In this document: in pieces, positions 54,435 through 64,000 of the stretch | How positions within the stretch are numbered: position 1 is the first letter of the stretch | How the letters are laid out: each line of letters opens with the position of its first letter | Position numbers and translations under genes: made by a program | The notes under the pieces: generated by a model | The model's input: the letters and a program-made list of their open reading frames with translations, nothing else | Told to the model about the DNA's origin: nothing | The model's database searches: none | Assembly: GCA_016207065.1 (NCBI GenBank) | Contig: JACQQK010000178.1 | Location: 5,740 to 69,739 of the forward strand | Reading direction: 5' to 3' | DNA from: Nitrospinota bacterium | Lineage (GTDB): Bacteria; Nitrospinota; Nitrospinia; Nitrospinales; JACRGP01 | DNA length: 64,000 nucleotides

Positions 54435-55424
54435 TTACCGGCGGAATCGGGCGCCCATCGCAAAGTGCGCCGCCCCCAGCAGGGAGACCCGGTCGTTCAG
54501 AATCATTTTTACGGGGACCTGGGTCATGAAAGGACGAAACCGGCCCTTGGACAAAAACGCCTCCATGAAACGGCCGCCCTCGATCGCGGGGGCGATTTTA
54601 GGCGCGATGCCACCGCCGACGAACACCCCGCCGCGGGCCATGACCTGAAGGACCAGGTTCCCGGCCGCCGCCCCGTATATCGACACGAACAGCGCCAGCG
54701 CCTTTTCGCAGGCCGGAAATGTTTTCCTTAGCCCATGCGCGGCGACCGCGGCGCCGGGATCGCTCTCGCGAAACTCCCGCGACAGCCATTCGGGTTCCAC
54801 GACCGGCTCGTCCTGGACTACGAAACGATAAATTTGATGGAGACCCGGCCCGGACAAGACCCGTTCGAGGCTCACCCGCTCGAATTGGCCGAGCATGAAC
54901 TGAAGCAGTCGGCTTTCCGTAGGATCGCGAGGAGGAAAATCGCAATGTCCGCCCTCGCAATCCACGATAATATACCGCCCCTCGCCGTCGGGGACCAAGA
55001 ACGCCTGGCCCAGCCCCGTCCCGGCGGCAATGAGCGCGATGCGTCCCCGCGGGTCGGGCTCCCCCTTTTGCAGGACAACGACGTCCGTCTCGTCCAGAAA
55101 GGGGACGCCGCAGGCCATGGCGGCCAGGTCGTTGATCAGCCAGACCTCCTCGGCCCGCAACTGGCTTTTCAGCGCGACGGCGTCCGCCTCCCAGGGAAGA
55201 TTGGTCAGCCTGCACTTCCCCTCCCTGACCGGTCCGGCGATTCCGAAACAGGCCCTTCGCGCGCCATGACCCGTCCTGGCGCAAAACTCCGCCAGGATTT
55301 CCTCCAGCCCGGAATAATCGCCGCTCTTGAAGGTGACCGACTCCTCCAGGAACAAACTCCCGCCCTCTTCGCGAAACAAGCCGAGGTTGACCTTGGTCCC
55401 CCCGATGTCTCCCGCGAGAATCAT
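54435..55424 (-). CDS. glk: Glucokinase
   Basis: 'ILAGDIGGTKVNLGLF' and 'GGGIAPKI'. 329 aa. Confidence 0.8.
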   Translation of the reverse strand: MILAGDIGGTKVNLGLFREEGGSLFLEESVTFKSGDYSGLEEILAEFCARTGHGARRACFGIAGPVREGKCRLTNLPWEADAVALKSQLRAEEVWLINDLAAMACGVPFLDETDVVVLQKGEPDPRGRIALIAAGTGLGQAFLVPDGEGRYIIVDCEGGHCDFPPRDPTESRLLQFMLGQFERVSLERVLSGPGLHQIYRFVVQDEPVVEPEWLSREFRESDPGAAVAAHGLRKTFPACEKALALFVSIYGAAAGNLVLQVMARGGVFVGGGIAPKIAPAIEGGRFMEAFLSKGRFRPFMTQVPVKMILNDRVSLLGAAHFAMGARFRR

Positions 55425-55430
55425 GCCCGG

Positions 55431-56681
55431 TTATTTCAGGAAGGAGCGGATTCTCTGGTCCAGCGCGTCCTGGTCCTTGCAGAACGATTGCAAGGCCGAT
55501 TGCGTCATGAGGTCGTCCAGCGCGATCTTGTCCGGCCAATCCGCCAGCCGGGGAATTTTGCCGTCGTCGTATATCTTTTTCAAATCGGTCCGGGAGAAAG
55601 CGTGAAAAAAGTCCATCCCGCGTTTTTCGCAAAACTCGGCCAGGTCGCCGCCGTTCATCCGCTCCAACCGGTCGTGGGCCAGCAACTCGTCGACAAACGT
55701 TTTGACCGGCGAGGGAAGCTCCCACAACTTGGGAAACCGCGAACTCAGGCGATTGCCGGTATTGATGTCCGGTTTAAGGTCGAGGGCGGCATTGTCCACC
55801 ACGTCGCTGGGCGAACGCCGGGATTCCAAAAACTGTTTCATGGCCGCCGGGGGGATGGTGAGGACGTCCAAACCCGCGAGACAAGCCACCTGGTCGCCGT
55901 TGCGCACGCTGGCGCCGATCAGGCGGGTCGTTACGGAAGCGTGTTTTTTACGGGCCTCGGAAATCGCCTGTTGAGCCGCGAGCGTCGCTTTTTCCCCCAC
56001 GAAGTTCCCGCTTCCCAGGGAGTTGTCGGCCACTACCGCGTTGAGCCTGCCGAGGAACACGTTGGCGTAGTTCGGGTTCGACAGCCGGGCCGCCAGATAA
56101 TTCTGCCGCGCGGAGAAGCCGAGCGTGAAGTTGATGGGGATGTTCTCCCGGCGAAGTTTGCGGACCGCGATCAGCCCTTCCGGCGTCAATGGAATTTTAA
56201 TGAAGAAATAGTCCGGGCAGACCTTGTAATAACGCCGGGCGTAGTAGAGCGTCCGGTCGATGTCGCGGGAAACCGACGGGTGCAGTTCGACGCTGACGTG
56301 CACGCGGAAAGCCTCCACCAGGCGGAGCGCGATTTTGCAATTGACGACAAAGCCGATCTCCATCACCAGTTCTTCCTCGGACAAGTCCCCCGCCGCCGCT
56401 TGAATCCTCGCGATGGCATCCTTGATCGTCTCGTCCATGACGCCGCTCTGCACCACCTGGTTGGCCAGGGTGTTGTTGGTCGTCAGGGCCGTCAACTCGC
56501 GCTTCCAGATGGAGCGGGCAAGCTCCAGGTCGCCGGTGTCGATCCACAGCTCCGTGCCAATGGATTTCAACCTGGACAGAAGCTCGTTCGAGGGATGGGA
56601 GGAAGACAAATCCCCGCGCTCCACCCGCTGGAAGGCGATTTCGTGAACCACGTTCTCTAATCTTTGACTTGCGATGTCCAT
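55431..56681 (-). CDS. Transaldolase-family protein with C-terminal extension
   Basis: 'WIDTGD', 'TTNNTL', 'VSVELHP', 'FIKIPLTPEGL', 'NFTLGFSARQ'. Confidence 0.7.
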   Translation of the reverse strand: MDIASQRLENVVHEIAFQRVERGDLSSSHPSNELLSRLKSIGTELWIDTGDLELARSIWKRELTALTTNNTLANQVVQSGVMDETIKDAIARIQAAAGDLSEEELVMEIGFVVNCKIALRLVEAFRVHVSVELHPSVSRDIDRTLYYARRYYKVCPDYFFIKIPLTPEGLIAVRKLRRENIPINFTLGFSARQNYLAARLSNPNYANVFLGRLNAVVADNSLGSGNFVGEKATLAAQQAISEARKKHASVTTRLIGASVRNGDQVACLAGLDVLTIPPAAMKQFLESRRSPSDVVDNAALDLKPDINTGNRLSSRFPKLWELPSPVKTFVDELLAHDRLERMNGGDLAEFCEKRGMDFFHAFSRTDLKKIYDDGKIPRLADWPDKIALDDLMTQSALQSFCKDQDALDQRIRSFLK

Positions 56682-56684
56682 TGT

Positions 56685-58013
56685 CTAGCTCCCCTTCCCG
56701 AATCCCGGTTTATTCAACAGAACAAACATGTTCTTTTTATAAAATTCCACGCCCGGCTGGTCGAAGGGATTGACCCCCAGGAGATACCCCGACATGGCGA
56801 TGGCGCGTTCGAAAAAGTAAAACAACTGCCCTAGAGTATATTCCGAGCGGTCCTTGACGGAAAGGGTCATGTTTGGGACCCCGCCTTCCAGATGGGCGGA
56901 GGCCGTTCCCTTGTACGCCTTGTCGTTGACGAAATCCAGGGTTTTCCCGGCGAGAAAATTCAATCCGTCGTCGTCGTTGTCGAGGCGCGGAATTTCGATC
57001 TGCCGCCGGGAGGAATCCACCATGAAAAACGTCTCGAACAAGTTCCGGCTCCCCTCCTGCACCCACTGGCCCAGCGAATGCAGGTCGGTGGTATAAAGCG
57101 CGGAGGCGGGGAAAATGCCGCGCTGGCCTTTGCCCTCGCTTTCCCCCGCGAGTTGCTTCCACCATTCCATGAGCGAAACCAGGGAAGGATGAAAAGCGGC
57201 CATGAGTTCGATGGCCTTTCCTTTTTTATACAACAGAAACCGCAGGGCGGCATAGAGATAAGACAGGTTTTTTTCGAGGGCGGAACTTGCGGAGGACAAG
57301 CTCTCCCAGGACCGCGCCCCGACGATCAAGGTCTTGATGTCCATTCCCGCGGCCGCCATGGGCAGAAGACCCACGGGGGTCAGGACGGAATACCGGCCGC
57401 CGACGTCGTCCGGGATCGTGAAGGTTTTGAAACCCCTGGCGTCCGCCAGCTTTTTCAGGGCCCCCTTTTTTTGGTCCGTGGTCGCGAACAGCCGCTTCCT
57501 GGCCTCTTCCGGCCCATATTTTCTGGCGACCAGGTCCATCAACAAGCGGAACGCGATGGCCGGTTCGGTGGTCGTCCCGGACTTGGAAATCACGTTCAGA
57601 CAAAACTCTTTCCCCTCGACCAATTCGAACAAGTCCGCCAGGTAATCGGAACTGATGTTCTGCCCGGCAAACTGGATTTCGGGGGACTGGCGGAGACTCC
57701 TGGGAAGCTGATTGTGAAACGCGCTCCGGGAAAACTCTACCGCGGCCTTGGCCCCCAGATAAGATCCGCCTATGCCGACGCAGATAAAAACCTCCGCGTT
57801 CTCGCGGACGAAGCGGGCGGATTCCATGACCTCGTCCAACAGGGCATCGGACGTCCGCGAGGGCAAATGGAGCCAGCCGAGATAATCGCTACCGGCCCCC
57901 AGGCCTTTCTCAAGGCTGGCATGAAGGCGGTCCACATCGGGTTGCAAAGCGGAGATTTCCTTTTCCGTCAAAAGACCCTTGAGGCGCTCGTAGTCCAGTG
58001 CGATCGCGGTCAT
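56685..58013 (-). CDS. pgi: Glucose-6-phosphate isomerase
   Basis: 'FICVGIGGSYLGAKA', 'ISKSGTTTEP', 'GGRYSVLT'. The start is taken at 'MTAIALDYE'. Confidence 0.85.
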   Translation of the reverse strand: MTAIALDYERLKGLLTEKEISALQPDVDRLHASLEKGLGAGSDYLGWLHLPSRTSDALLDEVMESARFVRENAEVFICVGIGGSYLGAKAAVEFSRSAFHNQLPRSLRQSPEIQFAGQNISSDYLADLFELVEGKEFCLNVISKSGTTTEPAIAFRLLMDLVARKYGPEEARKRLFATTDQKKGALKKLADARGFKTFTIPDDVGGRYSVLTPVGLLPMAAAGMDIKTLIVGARSWESLSSASSALEKNLSYLYAALRFLLYKKGKAIELMAAFHPSLVSLMEWWKQLAGESEGKGQRGIFPASALYTTDLHSLGQWVQEGSRNLFETFFMVDSSRRQIEIPRLDNDDDGLNFLAGKTLDFVNDKAYKGTASAHLEGGVPNMTLSVKDRSEYTLGQLFYFFERAIAMSGYLLGVNPFDQPGVEFYKKNMFVLLNKPGFGKGS

Positions 58014-58182
58014 TGCGTTCTTTCTCCCAACCCCTGGGTTGTCAATAGAAGCGTCTCCCGATCCCCGGCCCATTATACATCCTGCCGGGAAATAATTCCG
58101 CCCGCGCAGTTTTTTTATTTCGTTGCCCACCCGGCGTCCACCCCTTAAAATGATCCTGTTCCGCATGGGGTCGAAACAGCGA

Positions 58183-58539
58183 ATGAACTTTAGAATCGTC
58201 GATTATTCGATAGGCGTTTTCTCCGGCGCGGTTGCCGGCTTTGCCGTCTCCGCGACGATACCGGAACATGTGAATATGATTTGGGGGATGATTCTCGGAA
58301 ATCTCGTCGGGATGGCCCTGTCAATCGTCCTGTCCCTTCTGCTCATGCCGTTTTTCGGCTCGTTCGAGGTGATGGTCCCTCTCCACCTCATCGGCATGTT
58401 CGTGGGGATGACCGGCGGGATGGCCGCGACGATTCCCGGCGTCCCCTCCCCTTCCCTGGCAATCGGGGGCGGCATTGCCGGCGGAGTCATTGCCGCCATC
58501 GTCCGCTACTCCGACCGGAAACTGACCCTCCCCCGTTGA
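58183..58539 (+). CDS. Small Gly-rich integral membrane protein (start uncertain)
   Basis: Four hydrophobic segments, and a stop overlapping the next gene's TTG. No family recognised. Confidence 0.4.
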   Translation: MNFRIVDYSIGVFSGAVAGFAVSATIPEHVNMIWGMILGNLVGMALSIVLSLLLMPFFGSFEVMVPLHLIGMFVGMTGGMAATIPGVPSPSLAIGGGIAGGVIAAIVRYSDRKLTLPR

Positions 58540-59141
58540 CCGTGTCCGCGAAAGAGAAATACAACCGGATTTCCAGGTATTACGATTTTCTCAAACGCGG
58601 CGACATGCTCCGGTGGGGGGAAATCCAGACCGAATTCTTCGGGCAGTTGAAGGGGAGAGTCCTCTACGTCGGCCCCGGACCGGGGCCGGAAATCGTCAAC
58701 TTCCCGCCGGGATTGGACATCGCCGCCATCGACCTCAGCGTCAACATGTTGAAACAAGCCCGTAGCCGGGCGGCCCGCTATCCGGGCAGGCTGAGACTGG
58801 TCAACATGAACGCGGAACATCTCGGCTTCCCGGACAATTCCTTCGACAACGCCCTGTCCGTGTGCGTTTTCTGCACGGTGGAAAACCCCGCGCGAGGACT
58901 GGAGGAACTGCGCCGCGTGGTCAAACCGGGGGGCCGGATTTTCATGTTCGAACACGTGCTCAGCAAGAACCCCGTTTACCGTCTCATCCTCGAATTCATG
59001 AACCTCCTCACCGTCCGGATGTCGGGGACCCACCTGGACCGGGACACCGTCGAGAATGTCCGAAAGGCCGGGTGGACCGTCGAATCGGACCGCAACGTCT
59101 ATCTCGACGTGGTGAAGGCCATCACCGCCGTGAAAGCGTAA
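58536..59141 (+). CDS. Class I SAM-dependent methyltransferase
   Basis: 'VLYVGPGPGPE' (motif I), 'FDNALSVCVF' and 'LRRVVKPGGRIFMFEH'. Confidence 0.75.
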   Translation: MTVSAKEKYNRISRYYDFLKRGDMLRWGEIQTEFFGQLKGRVLYVGPGPGPEIVNFPPGLDIAAIDLSVNMLKQARSRAARYPGRLRLVNMNAEHLGFPDNSFDNALSVCVFCTVENPARGLEELRRVVKPGGRIFMFEHVLSKNPVYRLILEFMNLLTVRMSGTHLDRDTVENVRKAGWTVESDRNVYLDVVKAITAVKA

Positions 59142-59267
59142 TCTTAAGCATCGCCGGGCTGAACCGGGCATCATGTCGGGGGAGGAGGAACCAGCGGCTT
59201 TAGCTTGGATCTTGCATGTGCGCGATTAAAAGGAAGCTTCGGCTCTTCTGGAGCCCCCTCATCCTGA

Positions 59268-59325
59268 CCTTCTCCCACCAGGGGAGAAGGAACATTGTGT
59301 CTCCCTCTCCCTTGACGGGAGAGGG
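59268..59325. repeat. G/C-tract palindromic repeats
   Basis: ccttctccc-acca-ggggagaagg (59268-59290) and ccctctccc-ttgac-gggagaggg (59303-59325). Confidence 0.7.
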
Positions 59326-59394
59326 CGGGGTGAGGGTGAATTCATGCTCCGTTTTAAGTCGAGCATGTCCCACAAATACGCCGGATCGCCCGAC

Positions 59395-59696
59395 TCAGGC
59401 GGCATAGATGACCTCTTTTGTACGAAGGATTTCGTGGCGGCGGAAAGGATTTCGCAAACCGGCTTTCGCCACAAGATCGACGTCGCGGCCGAAAATCTCC
59501 GTTAATTCGTCCCGCATGCCACCCAGTCGTAAAGGCTCCAGTGGGCGTCGGAAGAGAAACTCACCAACACGTCGATATCGCTCTGCGGACGGAAGTCGTC
59601 GCGCAATACCGAGCCAAACAAAGCAAGCTCGACGATCCTCCATCGTCTGCGGAAATCTTCTATCTTGGGAGACGGGATTGCAATACGGCTCGGCAT
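59395..59696 (-). pseudogene. Nucleotidyltransferase (MNT-type) protein, frameshifted near 59520-59525
   Basis: '[24 protein letters not shown]...SLYDW' in one frame and '[41 protein letters not shown]' in the next. One added G joins them. No HEPN/DUF86 partner is visible. Confidence 0.65.
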
Positions 59697-60309
59697 AATG
59701 GCTTATCTCGTCGCGGTGAATTTTTGGTTGAGCAGGTTTTAATTCTCTGCATGGTGAATCAGTATATCATTCCGATCTCGCCCATCCCCGCGAACGCCGG
59801 GCGCGGGTCGCCCAGGCGCGAATCCAGCGCCTTGAGCTTGGACCGCGGGAGCTTGTCGTCTACCTGGATTTCAAAATCCGTTGCCATAATATCCTTTCGG
59901 GGGGTATATTATTGATAGGCTCGGTATCGGGGCCGTATTCCACAACCGGTACAAGAGAGGCCCCACGTAACTACGGTAGCGTGGGGCTACGTTTTTCCCC
60001 TGGCATACAAAAGCCTGCCTCTCCGCAAGTTGTTCACTCCTTTCGGCCCCTTGTCGAAAAAGGTCAGACCCACCCAGAGGTTGTTTCCCGACTCCGCTAT
60101 CAACCCCACGGTTTTCCCGCCCTTCAACTGGAGCTCTTTGACATACCCCAGCAAAGTCTTGGCGACCGCGAATTGCACGTCGCGGGACTTTTTATGTCTT
60201 CTAAACAAGAAACTGCTCCCCAAACTCGATCTGTTCCATCAGATAAAGGGGGATGGTTTTTTTGTTTATCCGCGTTCATCCGTGTCCATCCGTGGTTTCC
60301 TTATTCAGG

Positions 60310-61299
60310 TCACCGCACGAGAACGAGTTTGCCGAAATGGCGGTGGTTTTCCATTTCCCCGTGGGCCTCCGCCGCTTTTGCGAACGGGAAGGTTTTGCTG
60401 ATGGGGACCATGACCTCGCGCGTCTCCAGCAAGGGGTAAATTTCGCTCCAGACTTCCTGGAGCCAAAGCGTATCGTAGAGATTTCGCAAAACCACGTAGC
60501 CGTGGATCTGGATCTGCTCGAACAAGATGTTGGATGGGACCAGCAACTGCTGGCCTCCCAGAAATCCGTAGAGGACGTAAGTCCCGTTGAAATTCATGAG
60601 CGTGAGCAACTGGGAGGCGGTCTCCCCGCCGATGGGGTCGAAGACGTAATCGACGCCGTCGCCGCCGGTCATCTCCGCGATGCGCTCTTTCAGGCGGACG
60701 GGATCGGACTCGATCGCCGCCTCCGCGCCGAGAGAGGTTATATGCCCTTTCTTGTCTTTCGACCGGCTGGTCCCGATGACGCGCAGGCCGTTGCGCTTGG
60801 CGACCTGGATCGCGGCGGCTCCCACCGCGCCAGTGCAGGCGGTGACGACCGCCGTCCCTTCCTCGGGCAGGGGCGAATGATTCACCATGGCGTCGTAGGC
60901 CGTCAACATCGCCATGGGCGCCGCGGCGGCCTCGGCGAAACTGAAACGCTCGGGGACCTTGAGGACCTTGTCCGCGGGCACGGCAATCTTCTCCGCGTAG
61001 TTCCCCTGTCCCGGATCCAGGTACGCTTCCACCTCGAAGTTGGCCACCCGGTCGCCGGGCTTGACGTTTTCGACGTCCCGGCCGACGGCCTCCACGACGC
61101 CGGCCCCTTCGGCGCCGGGAGTGAACCCGCCGCCCAAGTCCAGGGGCCATTCCCCCCGGCGGATCATGATTTCCGACCAGTTCAACCCGACCGCCTTGAC
61201 GTCGATCAAGACCTGGTCGTCGTCGATTTTCGGGTCCGGGGCGTCGACCATCTCCAGGACCTCCGGCCCTCCCGTTTTACGAATCACGAATTTTTTCAT
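60310..61299 (-). CDS. Zinc-type alcohol dehydrogenase / NADPH:quinone oxidoreductase family (MDR)
   Basis: 'GGPEVLEMVDAPDPKIDDDQVLIDVKAVGLNWSE' and 'ACTGAVGAAAIQVAK'. Confidence 0.8.
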   Translation of the reverse strand: MKKFVIRKTGGPEVLEMVDAPDPKIDDDQVLIDVKAVGLNWSEIMIRRGEWPLDLGGGFTPGAEGAGVVEAVGRDVENVKPGDRVANFEVEAYLDPGQGNYAEKIAVPADKVLKVPERFSFAEAAAAPMAMLTAYDAMVNHSPLPEEGTAVVTACTGAVGAAAIQVAKRNGLRVIGTSRSKDKKGHITSLGAEAAIESDPVRLKERIAEMTGGDGVDYVFDPIGGETASQLLTLMNFNGTYVLYGFLGGQQLLVPSNILFEQIQIHGYVVLRNLYDTLWLQEVWSEIYPLLETREVMVPISKTFPFAKAAEAHGEMENHRHFGKLVLVR

Positions 61300-61496
61300 T
61301 TTTTTCTCCTCGCCGTTTTATCAGGACCGCAAAACCCAACTGTTCGCCGCGGGGGGAAATGCCGCGCAATTTGGAGTTCATTATTGATCCAAAATATAGT
61401 ATCCTTCAACATACTTTTTTTCTTTTTAAGTCGGCACGACATCCCCTCAATGTAATTTGGACAAGTTTCCAAATGGTTTGCGATAGGAGACGGAAA

Positions 61497-62132
61497 ATGC
61501 GAATTGCGCTCTTTGCCCTGGCTTTTCTTCTGATCCGGCCCGCTTTTCTCTTTGCCGATTGCTCGAAGGAAGAAATCTGCGCCATGTTGTCCACGATGGA
61601 CCACTTCTCCATTCTGGACAAATGCCCGAAAGCCGGGCCCCTTCTGGCCGAGTGCAAGAAGGTCGACGAGGCCGAGCTCCCGGAACTGGACGAGCCCAAG
61701 TTCGTCGATAACAACGATGGGACCGTCACCGACACCGCGAACAATTTGCTGTGGATCAAAAAAGGCATTCTGCAAAAATTTTCCCTGAAGGAGGCCAAGG
61801 AATACGCCATGACCGCGCAGGTGGCGGGTAAATCGGGCTGGAGGCTTCCCACCCTGCCCGAATTGAAATCGCTTGCATACAATTCGCGGGTCGTCAACGC
61901 CAGCGGCAAGAAAGCCTGGATCAACCCGGTATTCGACGACGACGACGGACATTATTACTGGAGCACCACCACCTGCAAGGAACTGGCGGTCATCGAGGAC
62001 CGCTACCAGAAAAAAATCTGTCAGCAGGGCGATACGGCGGCCTGGCTTGTCCACTTCAACATCAACGCCGTCTTCTGGCACCACACCACCACCAAAAACT
62101 ATCACGCCTGGCTGGTGCACGACCTCAAATAG
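61497..62132 (+). CDS. Secreted DUF1566 (Lcl C-terminal-like) domain protein
   Basis: SD aggaga, a signal peptide, 'DNNDGTVTDTANNLLWIKK' and 'GWRLPTLPELKSL'. Confidence 0.65.
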   Translation: MRIALFALAFLLIRPAFLFADCSKEEICAMLSTMDHFSILDKCPKAGPLLAECKKVDEAELPELDEPKFVDNNDGTVTDTANNLLWIKKGILQKFSLKEAKEYAMTAQVAGKSGWRLPTLPELKSLAYNSRVVNASGKKAWINPVFDDDDGHYYWSTTTCKELAVIEDRYQKKICQQGDTAAWLVHFNINAVFWHHTTTKNYHAWLVHDLK

Positions 62133-62344
62133 TTCGCGGACCGCGGCCTTTCGCCCCGCTTGCGACCGGCAACGAGGCGCCGGGCTTCCTCGTTTTCCGT
62201 TTATCCAGAGCTTGCTTTCGTCTAAAATATTCGCGCAAAACCGAACCCTCCCGCTTTTTTCGACATCCATATTGCATGACAAAATTTTCCGTCCGTCCGG
62301 AAGACCGGCTTATTTATCCATATCATTGAAAGGGGAATAATATT

Positions 62345-62575
62345 ATGATCACCCTGGAGGGAGAAATTACGGACGTGGCCTGCCCGCCCAACAAGGCCGA
62401 CGTGTACAGGACGGTCACCGTATGGCTTCCGGAGACGCAGGAGCACATGGAATTCACGTTCAACTTGCAGGATTTCCAAAAGTCGGCCATGAAAGAGGGC
62501 GATAAAATCCGCATCCAGATCGACAAGACGTTTGACGTGGACGCATTGACCCGCGAAATTTTCAAAAACGCCTGA
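62345..62575 (+). CDS. Small hypothetical protein
   Basis: A 76-aa ORF with SD-like 'aaagggga' upstream. No family recognised. Confidence 0.35.
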   Translation: MITLEGEITDVACPPNKADVYRTVTVWLPETQEHMEFTFNLQDFQKSAMKEGDKIRIQIDKTFDVDALTREIFKNA

Positions 62576-62631
62576 GGGCCGGACTCCTTCCCGCTCAGAC
62601 GATAGCTTAACCCTATCCATCCGAAAGCGTT

Positions 62632-63666
62632 ATGGATTTTGCCGAGTTAGGCGAATTTGGCCTGATTGCCCGGTTGGGTTCCCGTCTCCATTTCCGCTCC
62701 CCAAACGTAAAAATCGGGATCGGCGACGATTGCGCCGTTTACGAGTGCGCCGGAGACAAATACCAGGTCGTCACCGCCGACGCCTTGTTGGAAAAGGTGC
62801 ATTTCAACCTCTCCACCATCTCGGCGGAACAATTGGGACGTAAAGCCCTGTCCGTCAATATCAGCGACATCGCCGCCATGGGAGGGGTCCCCGTCCTGGC
62901 CTTGATTTCCCTGGGGGTCCCCCGGAAACTCACCGTCAAATTTCTGGACGCGTTTTACGACGGCCTGGACCAAATTTCCCGGAAATACGGCGTGGAACTG
63001 GCGGGAGGGGACACGGTGGCCTCCCCGGAACTCTTTTACATCAACATCACGGTCCTCGGCGAGGCAAAAAAAGACCGGCTGTTCACCCGGCGCGGGGCGC
63101 GGCCCGGAGATAAAATCCTCGTTACCGGCTCTTTGGGGGACTCGGCCCTGGGGTTGAAATTGCTCCGCTCGCCGCGGAGAAACTGGTCGGCGACAAGCCG
63201 GGACAAAAAAACGGTCGTCGAGAAACACCTGGATCCGGAGCCGCGGATGGCCGCATCGCGGATGCTGGCGGGGTCGGACGCGGAAATCACCTCCATGATC
63301 GACATCAGCGACGGCCTGGTCCAGGACTTGGGGCACATCTGCACGGCCAGCGGGGTGGGCGCCGACCTGCATGCGGAGGCCCTGCCCCAATCCGCCGCGC
63401 TGAAACGGATTTGTAGCCGTAACCGGTTGGATTGCATGGAGTTTGTTCTAGGCGGGGGCGAGGATTATGAATTGTTATTTACAACCACCCCCGAAGATGT
63501 TAAAAAAATAACCGAAAGATCCCAAAAAGCCGAAGCGCCCATCGCCGTTATCGGAGAAATCGTTCCGGAGCCGGGAAAACTGTCCCTGGTCGCGGAGAAC
63601 GGCTGGCGCGAACCCATCCGAAAGCCGAGAGGATACGATCATTTCAAGCGCGGGGAAAAAGGGTAA
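62632..63666 (+). CDS. thiL: Thiamine-monophosphate kinase
   Basis: 'LGEFGLIARL...IGIGDDCAV', 'NISDIAAMGG' and 'GGEDYELLFT'. Confidence 0.88.
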   Translation: MDFAELGEFGLIARLGSRLHFRSPNVKIGIGDDCAVYECAGDKYQVVTADALLEKVHFNLSTISAEQLGRKALSVNISDIAAMGGVPVLALISLGVPRKLTVKFLDAFYDGLDQISRKYGVELAGGDTVASPELFYINITVLGEAKKDRLFTRRGARPGDKILVTGSLGDSALGLKLLRSPRRNWSATSRDKKTVVEKHLDPEPRMAASRMLAGSDAEITSMIDISDGLVQDLGHICTASGVGADLHAEALPQSAALKRICSRNRLDCMEFVLGGGEDYELLFTTTPEDVKKITERSQKAEAPIAVIGEIVPEPGKLSLVAENGWREPIRKPRGYDHFKRGEKG

Positions 63667-63767
63667 TGCGTTTGGTTTCTTCCTGGCATTCACGCCGTTC
63701 GCGGCCGTCTTGAGAAAATCACGGCAAGAAGACGGGCCCAGGCATACTTGGAGATAGCTTAAAAATT

Positions 63768-64000
63768 TTGGACGATTCAATATTATCTCGTCTCATATTA
63801 CTGATAATCCTCCTCGGCTGTTCGGCTTTTTTTTCCGGGTGCGAGGCGGCTTTCTACTCGCTCAGTCCGCTCCAGTTGTCCGCCCTGAAGGAAAACAAGG
63901 GCCGGGCCGGGGCCTTGGTCAACTCCCTGCTGGGCGAACCCCGCAGACTGCTCGTCACCATTTATATCGGCAACGAGCTGGTCAACGTGGCCGCCGCGGC
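63768..64000 (+). CDS. CNNM/DUF21-domain (hemolysin/CorC-family) membrane protein, 5' partial
   Basis: 'FFSGCEAAFYSLSPLQLSALKE...RRLLVTIYIGNELVNVAAA' fits the DUF21 pattern. Runs off the right edge; the TTG start is tentative. Confidence 0.6.
   Translation, partial: MDDSILSRLILLIILLGCSAFFSGCEAAFYSLSPLQLSALKENKGRAGALVNSLLGEPRRLLVTIYIGNELVNVAAA

Overview
A 64-kb high-GC bacterial chromosomal window. No rRNA, tRNA or CRISPR array was recognised. The core is housekeeping: truA, ppx, two Mrp/ApbC-type ATPases, a type IIA topoisomerase A/B pair, arcC, nuoE-nuoG-nuoD, tatA, PBP1A, argG, glk-tal-pgi and thiL. Three blocks look accessory. (1) 6.7-13.4 kb holds a Type III restriction-modification system: the Res has a C-terminal extension with an RNxxxxH (HEPN-type) motif, and the Mod is split at a G10 tract. 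It sits next to a patchwork of gene-tail fragments and a degenerate Phd/RelE cassette flanked by a 165-bp direct repeat. (2) 20.1-24.0 kb, just downstream of the topoisomerase B gene, holds an MNT-HEPN cassette flanked by a 42-bp duplication of that gene's 3' end, a DUF4258/YgiT-zinc-finger pair, and an ABC-type ATPase with a DUF4276-like (Toprim/OLD-like) partner. (3) 30.9-40.5 kb is an A/T-richer six-gene minus-strand operon. It encodes 5-, 3+1- and 10-haem c-type cytochromes, an outer-membrane beta-barrel, an 865-aa fusion of 2Fe-2S, FNR, two cNMP-binding domains and 4Fe-4S clusters, and a membrane protein with two His-x13-His helices. I rank this third block as the best candidate for an undescribed system: a cyclic-nucleotide-gated trans-envelope electron conduit. 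Caveat: at least seven genes have frame breaks that adding 1-2 nt to a short or long homopolymer would repair, so many 'pseudogenes' here, including the Mod split, may be assembly artefacts. Intergenic regions carry families of G/C-tract palindromic and MITE-like repeats. All domain calls come from motif reading of the translated ORFs. No database search was run.
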